A DNA stretch of 5,946 nt from Octopus sinensis (Eukaryota). The notes beneath the pieces were generated by a model that was given only the letters and a program-made list of their open reading frames with translations, made no database searches and was not told the DNA's origin. A program made the position numbers and the translations under genes. The DNA is taken from NCBI RefSeq assembly GCF_006345805.1, contig NW_021829767.1, positions 1-5,946 on the forward strand, written 5' to 3'. Of this stretch, positions 1 through 5,946 are shown one piece after another. Numbering within the stretch: position 1 is the first letter of the stretch; each line of letters begins with the position of its first letter.

Positions 1-102
1 TATTTTATATATATATATATATATTGTCTATATCTATAATCTATATATAAATATCTTACCTATACATATATCTATATCTATATATATACATATATTATAT
101 AT

Positions 103-136
<34 letters not shown>

Positions 137-192
137 ATATATAAACATATATATACATGCATATATAATAATATAAATAAATATATATATAC

Positions 193-228
<36 letters not shown>

Positions 229-467
229 CTTTAGGTGAATATATTGAATAAGAATATATTGAATACTGAATTTATATATTTATAGATTCTGTATATATAT
301 ATATATGTATATATATATATACACACATACATATATACATATATACATATATATAATATACATATACATATAAATATTTTCATATAATTATATGTATATA
401 TATATTTATATATTTATATATATATATATACATACATACACATATATATATAATATAGATATAAATG

Positions 468-508
<41 letters not shown>

Positions 509-530
509 ATATATATATATATATATATAT
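1..530. repeat. Compound microsatellite field: interrupted (TA)n, with (CA)/(TACA) patches and a (TG)n tract at about 476-504
   Basis: Read directly from the sequence. It accounts for the low-complexity ORFs 392..682, 406..825 and 414..602 (YI/HT/CV repeats). Confidence 0.97.
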
Positions 531-565
531 TACTGGATAAATGGATACATACATTGATGAGCATA

Positions 566-587
566 CAGACAGACAGACAGACAGACA
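566..587. repeat. (CAGA)5 tetranucleotide microsatellite
   Basis: cagacagacagacagacagaca. Confidence 0.9.
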
Positions 588-684
588 TGCAGGTACAAAC
601 ACATTTTTCTATATATTCCATTTGTAAATATGACACAGATATTAGTTTACTTTCCACATTATGTATATTTATATATAAATAATG

Positions 685-790
685 TTTGTGCGTTTGTGAG
701 TAATTTTTCTTAGTGTGTGAGTGTGTGTGTGTTAGTGTTAGTTTGTGTATGTGTATGTGTATGTGTGTGCGTGTTTTGTTTATGTGTGTG
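685..790. repeat. Degenerate (TG)n-rich simple repeat
   Basis: Interrupted tgtg/tgta runs. Confidence 0.85.
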
Positions 791-920
791 TTGAATGTAC
801 AGAACGCAAATACATTACGAAACACAGGTAATCATACTATCATACTTAACCATATGTTAAACTGAAGGTACGAAAATGTTTACATACTAAATCACAAGGT
901 ACATCTGATCATACCTAAAG

Positions 921-1119
921 GTGTGTGCGTGTGTATGTGTGTGTGTGTGTGTGTGTGACCGTGTATGTTGGATTGTGTCTGAACGCGTGCGTGTGTGTAC
1001 TTAAGGTAAGTGAGAACGAATTAATCGCAGTACACCCGCATACACATATACTCGCACACAAAAGGGCGATCACACACACAAACATGTTCACAGATACATA
1101 CATACACATATATATATAT
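921..1119. repeat. Degenerate (TG)n tract followed by a (CA)/(TA) tract
   Basis: TG-rich at about 921-1000 and CA/TA-rich at about 1030-1119. Explains ORFs 915..1109 and 925..1137. Confidence 0.85.
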
Positions 1120-1120
1120 G

Positions 1121-1292
1121 AATCCTTAAATCCTTAAAAATGTTCAAGCCCGAAAGCTGCGGCCATGCTGGGGCACCACCGTTGTCTGTGCTACACTAGT
1201 ATGTGAAACCACGCCTGATACGTGGCACCTGGTCAACAAGGGAGTTCGACGCCACTGACCGACCGCATCCGTGTTTCCTACCGAGAGGATAC
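1121..1292 (-). mobile_element. 5'-truncated retroposon 3' end (LINE 3' UTR or a SINE with a different body), ending in a (TAAGGATT)2 tail
   Basis: GC-rich island between two TA tracts. The 16-mer gctgcggccatgctgg at 1156-1171 is identical to 5016-5031 in the SINE tail. The terminal tandem aatcctta x2 is at 1121-1136. The 5' boundary is approximate. Confidence 0.65.
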
Positions 1293-1293
1293 C

Positions 1294-1295
1294 AT

Positions 1296-1327
<32 letters not shown>

Positions 1328-1340
1328 ATATATAAATAAT
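1294..1340. repeat. (TA)n microsatellite, left flank of the palindromic element
   Basis: Read directly from the sequence. Confidence 0.95.
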
Positions 1341-1508
1341 AAATATTAGGGAATAATCCAAATTTACGGGAAAAAATCAGATTTAGGATTAAATCGATTT
1401 TATAGTAAAATATTATAAAATATTATTCGAGACAAAACCACTATTTTGCAAAACCAACAAGGAAAGACTTAATCAATACATAAAATTTTAATAAATAGTA
1501 AAAAACCG

Positions 1509-1551
1509 CCACTACAATCGTTTCTTGTCTTGATCGACAATCTTCAGGTGG
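1509..1551 (-). ncRNA. Minimal type I hammerhead ribozyme motif with a complete catalytic core
   Basis: The minus strand reads CCAC-CUGAAGA-UUGUC(GAUCAA)GACAA-GAAA-C(GAUU)G-UA|GUGG. Stem I is CCAC/GUGG, stem II is 5 bp, stem III is 2 bp, and the NUH triplet is GUA. Predicted cleavage is between 1513 and 1512. Activity is untested. Confidence 0.75.
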
Positions 1552-1597
1552 ACTTCCAATAATTCAGTGTCAAATTTGACACTGAATTATTGGAAGT

Positions 1598-1639
1598 CCA
1601 CTGAAGATTGTCGATCAAGACAAGAAACGATTGTAGTGG
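1598..1639 (+). ncRNA. Hammerhead-like motif, variant one C shorter at the stem I/core junction
   Basis: CCA-CUGAAGA(1601-1607)-UUGUC(GAUCAA)GACAA-GAAA(1624-1627)-CGAUUGUA-GUGG. Stem I forms only by using the core C3, or by leaving one extra nt after GUA. Confidence 0.6.
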
Positions 1640-1732
1640 CGGTTTTTTTGACTATTTATTAAAATTTTATGTATTGATTAAGTCTTTCCTTGTTTGTTTT
1701 GCAAAATAGTGGTTTTGTCTCGAATAATATTT

Positions 1733-1734
1733 TA

Positions 1735-1765
<31 letters not shown>

Positions 1766-1767
1766 GC

Positions 1768-1818
<51 letters not shown>
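1733..1818. repeat. (TA)n/(TG)n microsatellite, right flank of the palindromic element
   Basis: Read directly from the sequence. Confidence 0.95.
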
Positions 1819-1933
1819 GATATATTAATTTGAATATATCTGACATTTTACTCCATCAATACAACGGTTTATAAATCACTAACAAACATATCTTGAGTAC
1901 TTCACTTTCTTATTTGTACACATACTTACAAAA

Positions 1934-2020
1934 ACACACATGCACACTCGCACATACAAGCACGTACGCATATGTGTTTGTGCGTGCGTGTGTGTGTGTG
2001 TGTGTGTGTGTCTGTGTGTT
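1934..2020. repeat. Degenerate (CA)n then (TG)n simple repeat
   Basis: Read directly. Explains ORF 1879..2118. Confidence 0.85.
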
Positions 2021-3965
2021 TTCGTATGTGCATTTCTCTCGTTGTGTTTATGTCTATTTGCCAAGGTAGATTGATAGATAGATAAAATTATATTGACAGA
2101 CCGATATAAACAATGCAATTAACATATATGCATAGGCCTACTTTTAATCATATATATGTATACAATCTACAGATTTTGCCTGAAGCCCTAAAGTGATTTA
2201 TATTTAAATATCTTGTAAAAGTAAGCAATATTCCCACTGGCTTTTAAACCAATGTTATCAAGGCATATAAACACATACCAACAACAATTTGTGACGCGAA
2301 ACATCAGAACCTGTCAATCTTATATAACGTTAAATATTTTGAACCCTAAATTTCCCGATGGAGTGAGAATTATTTTACATAAATGCATTAGTATTACTTA
2401 GACAAAGGATATATTTAAATAGCCGTTTTTATTTGCATCATGGACAAAGCCATAAATATTCTTTGTATCATATACTTATAGTTACCTTCTGAAGGTGCAC
2501 AACAATAAACTTCTATTGAAGCAGTTTTTATATCTACAAAGTCTTTGTATGTATTCTGCCCATTTTGCACTTAGTATAGTAAAACAAGTGTAATATATTT
2601 TAAAGGTTACATCGTGTTAAATTTAATATAATTATAAATCTCGAGATTTTCAAAAGATTGATACTTCTTACAAGTTCGTGTTTGCAAATTGTGACTAATT
2701 AATGCAGGATTGTATAAAAATCAAATCCCAAAGACCTCTTTTTATAAGTATGTGACACGAACGTACTACACCTTCCAAAGATTTGCACGGTATTTTATGT
2801 TTCCATTGCTATTTAGAAGCAGCTAACTGTGGGAAAAGCATCCAAAACCTCAAATCACAATTTGTCATTTAACATAAGAAAAAGGTATATCAAATAATGT
2901 AAGCCTGCATATGTGTAGGGAGATAAGATGGCCCCGCTAAAATGCAACTAGTCGCAGGTGTGTTTCATCATACTATGATCTGGGGTTGAATTAAAACAAC
3001 GATCTTAAAGGTTACCAACAATGGAAAAAAGTTGAAACTGTCGCGATGATTCACTAGATATTAGAGCATATTCTAAGTATTGTACGGTCTTTGGCTAGGA
3101 AAACATACTGTCTATCCAGAACCATAGAACGGTGTTTTTATGGGTTTGCTCCATGAGAAATGAACTGAGAGTGAACAGCAAAACAACCGATAATACAGGT
3201 GTCTTGATAGGCATTTACCTGCTTTACTCAACCTCTGCTATGACAATCGCTCTATATTAAAGAGTACAAATTCTTGTACTCTTTTGTTGAACACTTTTGA
3301 TATTCATAACTCAGTGAAAAATATGTTAATTTTCAACAGAATTTAGTCTCTGATATTGAGTGAAACCAACGATGAACATAGAAGTGAGCCGAGTATATGC
3401 GAAACTTCTAATCTGTATTTATCCGTGCCATTTCACCACTAGAAAACATCGTTCACAACCTCATTCCCTGTTTCTATTTGCTTGTGTAATTCTGCCTACG
3501 TTAGTGATAAAATAAAGAAATATGCCTATTAATTAGTTTGAAATATGTAAATTTTATTAAACGAAAGCAATTATTAAAGTGTCGACTGTGTAGAAAATTC
3601 TTTAAAAATTCAAAGTTTTATATACTTTTATCGAAATGTGGTTTCATGAATAAAATATAATTCCAATTCAATGCGCTTTTTAACATTGCCAGATGGTATT
3701 TCCTATTTGCTTCACTCTTTCACTTACAAATCATGGCGGTGCTTTCTACAGACATTCAGTAAAAACATGTATAGAAATTATAAGTTTATTCTAATGTCAA
3801 ATAAGTTATGTTGAATCAAGTATCTTTTCATGCTTGTTGAGTGATTTTGAAGAAAAAAATGGTAGTTTTAATTTACCTACGACAATTGTACCGAATATAA
3901 CTTTTATTATAAAATGTACATCCCACATATCAGTTGAAATGACAGTGAACTAATGCAACAACTTT

Positions 3966-4013
<48 letters not shown>
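3966..4013 (+). repeat. Perfect (TAG)16 trinucleotide microsatellite
   Basis: 48 nt uninterrupted. Source of the poly-Thr run in ORF 3907..4107 (-). Confidence 0.98.
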
Positions 4014-4016
<3 letters not shown>

Positions 4017-4131
4017 GTTTTATCCAAGGATCTAATTTTCCCGTGTCAGATAATATAAATGTGATGCTCATGAAAATTCCTGAAACACACAGCAGGAGTG
4101 GGGTCACCCGTAATGATTGACTTCATGTGGA

Positions 4132-4262
4132 ATGTCAGAGGCAAATCAATCTGGAAAAGCTGAACCATGCTGTTCCATAAATGGTATATTTGGAAACACA
4201 GGTTGTTGTTATGGTTGTTCTGTAGCCACATGTCAGACTTCATCAACCCCCTATGGTGAAAG
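4132..4262 (+). CDS. Candidate coding exon or small ORF, Cys-rich: MSEANQSGKAEPCCSINGIFGNTGCCYGCSVATCQTSSTPYGE(R)
   Basis: 43 stop-free codons with codon-like periodicity (G/C at position 2 in 27/43, at position 3 in 9/43) and 6 Cys. It ends at AG|GTAAAT, a donor-like site followed by a T-rich tract. If unspliced it stops at 4264-4266 (44 aa). No homologue recognised. Confidence 0.35.
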
Positions 4263-4583
4263 GTAAATCAACGGTAACCACCTTTTTGTTTTCTTTTCTT
4301 GTTTTCCTTTTACATATATTTTATGTCTTCAGCAATGGGCCACACAATCCTGTGAATCCCTTCAAAAAATGATAAAAATGATTTGATTGAAATTTGACAT
4401 GTAATTCGTACATTTTAGGGCACCCGAGCCTAGGCGTTGTGGCTCGAAATAAACAGAGATCCATAAAATAGGCGTAAACAGTGTTTAAAATGAAATAAAT
4501 GAAAAGGTATTGGATTTGTTACGACATACTAGGCTTGTTAAAAAAGAAATCTGTATTTTGAAGTCTTCCCCTAAGAATAGATT

Positions 4584-4998
4584 CACAGGTCTGGTTATGT
4601 CGTTAAGTAGCAGGCTTTGCAACTGTATAGTTTCAAGTTCAGTCCCACTGCGCAGTACCTTAGGCAAATTTCTTTAACTTTAGCAGCCCTCGACCGGCCA
4701 CTATATTGTGAGTGAATTTTATAAGTGGAAACTTCGTGGAAGCCAGAAGTATATGCATATATGTGTGCGCATGTGTGTATGTATATGTAGGTATATATTT
4801 GTGTGAGGTTTTGTACTTGCTTCTATCTAATATCGCCTCCGCTTGACAATAAGTATTGATCTGTTTACCTCTCCCTAACTTAGACGATCGGCAAAAGATC
4901 CTGATAGAATGAATGCCCAGCTTAAAAATAAGCACTGGTATCAATTTGTTCGATTAAACAATTTAAGGTGGTGCACCGACATAGCCACAGTCCAATGA
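4584..4998 (+). mobile_element. Old, diverged tRNA-derived SINE of the same family as 4999-5371
   Basis: Collinear with the reverse complement of the neighbouring copy. Shared blocks include gttcagtcccactgc (4637-4651, 15/15), ccttaggcaa (CORE-like), the internal TA/TG tract, gcttgacaa, gcaaaaga, ctgatagaat and aaggtggtgc. Confidence 0.85.
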
Positions 4999-5371
4999 TT
5001 TTTTTCAGTCATTTGGCTGCGGCCATGCTGGTGGAGCACCGCCTTTAGTCGATCAAATCGACCCCAGGAATTATTCTTAGTAAGCTAGTACTTATTCTAT
5101 CAGTCTCTTTTGCTGAACCGCTGAGTTACGGGTACGTAAACACACCAACGTCGGTTGTCAAGCAATGTAGGGGGAACAAAGATACACACACACATATATG
5201 TATATACGAACGGGCTTCTTTCAGTTTCCGTCTACCAAATCCACACACAAGGCTTTGGTTGGCCCGAGGCTATAGTAGAAGACACCTGCCCAAGGTGCCA
5301 TGCAGTGGGACTGAACCCAGAACCATGTTATTGGTAAGAAAGCTACTTACCACACAGCCACTCCTGTGCCT
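4999..5371 (-). mobile_element. Near full-length tRNA-derived SINE, resembling octopus OR/OK-type CORE-SINEs
   Basis: The minus strand has an A-box-like TGGCTGTGTGGT (5360-5349), a B-box-like GGTTCAGTCCC (5317-5307), a CORE-like CCTTGGGCA, an internal microsatellite (5183-5206) and a 3' tail ...CAGCATGGCCGCAGCCAAATGACTGAAAAAAA. The family name is from recall and has not been verified. Confidence 0.9.
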
Positions 5372-5554
5372 ATATGTATGTGTAATTAGTTCACATATTT
5401 ATGATATCTTCGGTTGTTGAGCATACCCGCAATAAATTCACAGAGAGTGATGGTTTCCTAATTGTTATCATACTTCCCTTCTCGGAGGGGGACATTGACA
5501 TAAAACCTGCAGTTTGACATGCTTACTGGTCATCTCACTTCGGCCTGTCTTTAG

Positions 5555-5626
5555 ATACTAATCATGGAGCCTCAGAGTGTGGAACTGTGTTGTACAAGCG
5601 GTTTTCACTCTTTATGTCTCTTTATG
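5555..5626 (+). CDS. Candidate 72-nt internal exon
   Basis: Pyrimidine-rich acceptor (catctcacttcggcctgtctttAG) and donor ATG|GTGAGC. Length is divisible by 3. Phase 1-1 frame: (x)TNHGASECGTVLYKRFSLFMSLY(G). Alternative from ATG 5564: MEPQSVELCCTSGFHSLCLFM. Confidence 0.3.
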
Positions 5627-5922
5627 GTGAGCTCTTTTGTTTTTCCGTCCACTGAAAGTCCTATAACAATGCAGGAGTGATGAATTATGTAAGTCTATCC
5701 AGCTAGAAGCGTACGGTAAGTTGCAACTTTCGTCAGCCCCCTATACTTTAAACAATGCAGAGTTGCAACGGGACTCTGTAGTCATCTGAGTGACCACGGA
5801 TGACAAGTCAGTGATCACATCGATAACAAGCAAGCAAGAGGCGGCGACACTCATATGTTAAGACACAGCAATCATCATATATATCATATACATAAATATA
5901 GAAAGAGAGGGTTAAACATCGT

Positions 5923-5946
5923 ATATGTGTGTGTGTGGTGTGTGTG
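5923..5946. repeat. (TG)n microsatellite running off the window end
   Basis: Read directly from the sequence. Confidence 0.9.

Larger units (their letters stand above)
1345..1736. mobile_element. Probable Penelope-like element (PLE) remnant: inverted pair of terminal repeat segments embedded in (TA)n
   Basis: Near-perfect inverted repeat 1414-1574/1575-1736, with about 70 bp of extra unique sequence on the left arm. Each arm holds a minimal hammerhead motif with a short self-complementary stem III, which is an established PLE feature, as are inverted terminal repeats. No RT or GIY-YIG ORF is present, so the family call is an inference. Confidence 0.65.
1414..1736. repeat. Spacer-less palindrome, 161/162-bp arms centred on CAAA|TTTG (1574/1575)
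   Basis: Manual alignment shows three differences: a substitution at 1455, an extra G at 1547/1548 in the left arm, and a 2-nt indel at the A/T run (1500-1505 versus 1643-1650). Confidence 0.98.

Noticed and set aside
237-265. 14-bp direct repeat gaatatattgaata x2
   Set aside because: Ordinary slippage duplication in very AT-rich DNA; not a CRISPR-like array.
1003-1011. Perfect donor consensus AAG|GTAAGT
   Set aside because: It sits within TG-repeat sequence with no plausible upstream exon or acceptor.
392-1137. ORFs 392..682, 406..825, 414..602, 915..1109 and 925..1137
   Set aside because: They are translations of (TA)n/(TG)n/(CA)n microsatellites (YIYI, HTHT, CVCV), which lack stops in some frames by construction.
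1222-1255. Possible Pol III A/B boxes on the + strand (tggcacctgg ... gagttcgacgcc)
   Set aside because: No cloverleaf can be built, the spacing is short, and the tail polarity shows the element lies on the minus strand.
1575-1604. FDTELLEVH-stop reading into the hammerhead, possibly the end of a Penelope ORF
   Set aside because: Nine codons are too few to support homology.
1879-2118. 79-aa minus-strand ORF
   Set aside because: Dominated by HT/CV dipeptide repeats from simple sequence.
3907-4246. Minus-strand ORFs 3907..4107 (hydrophobic stretch plus poly-Thr, mucin-like) and 4046..4246
   Set aside because: The poly-Thr is the (TAG)16 repeat, the first ORF starts at GTG, and neither is recognisable. 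Splice-like signals and codon periodicity favour the + strand frame.
4290-4332. Minus-strand CUGAAGA at 4332-4326
   Set aside because: The weak stem is not immediately followed by GAAA, and no stem I or III forms.
4425-4446. GC-rich 6-bp hairpin cgagcc/ggctcg overlapping the palindrome gcctaggc
   Set aside because: Short enough to arise by chance, with no supporting context.
4485-5337. ORFs 4485..4667, 4660..4944 and 5155..5337
   Set aside because: They lie largely within non-coding SINE copies and show no protein family signature.
5295-5371. tRNA gene
   Set aside because: The tRNA-like head runs directly into the SINE body and has no acceptor stem or terminator, so it is SINE-derived rather than a functional tRNA.
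5705-5740. Minus-strand CUGACGA followed by the stem AAGU(UGCA)ACUU, resembling a hammerhead
   Set aside because: Stem II is followed by ACCG rather than GAAA, so the core is incomplete.

Overview
AT-rich, microsatellite-dense eukaryotic DNA, probably intronic or intergenic. The repeat content resembles an octopus (cephalopod) genome; this is pattern recognition from memory, not a database search. No complete protein-coding gene is visible, and most supplied ORFs are translations of (TA)n/(TG)n/(CA)n/(TAG)n repeats. The main structured elements are: (1) a 323-bp spacer-less palindrome (1414-1736) inside (TA)n, whose arms carry outward-facing minimal type I hammerhead ribozyme motifs of the kind associated with Penelope-like elements, one with a complete core and one with a 1-nt defect; (2) two tRNA-derived SINEs of one family joined tail-to-tail (4584-4998 + and 4999-5371 -); (3) a 5'-truncated retroposon 3' end (1121-1292 -) that shares the SINE tail; (4) two unconfirmed + strand exon candidates (Cys-rich 4132-4262 and 72-nt 5555-5626).
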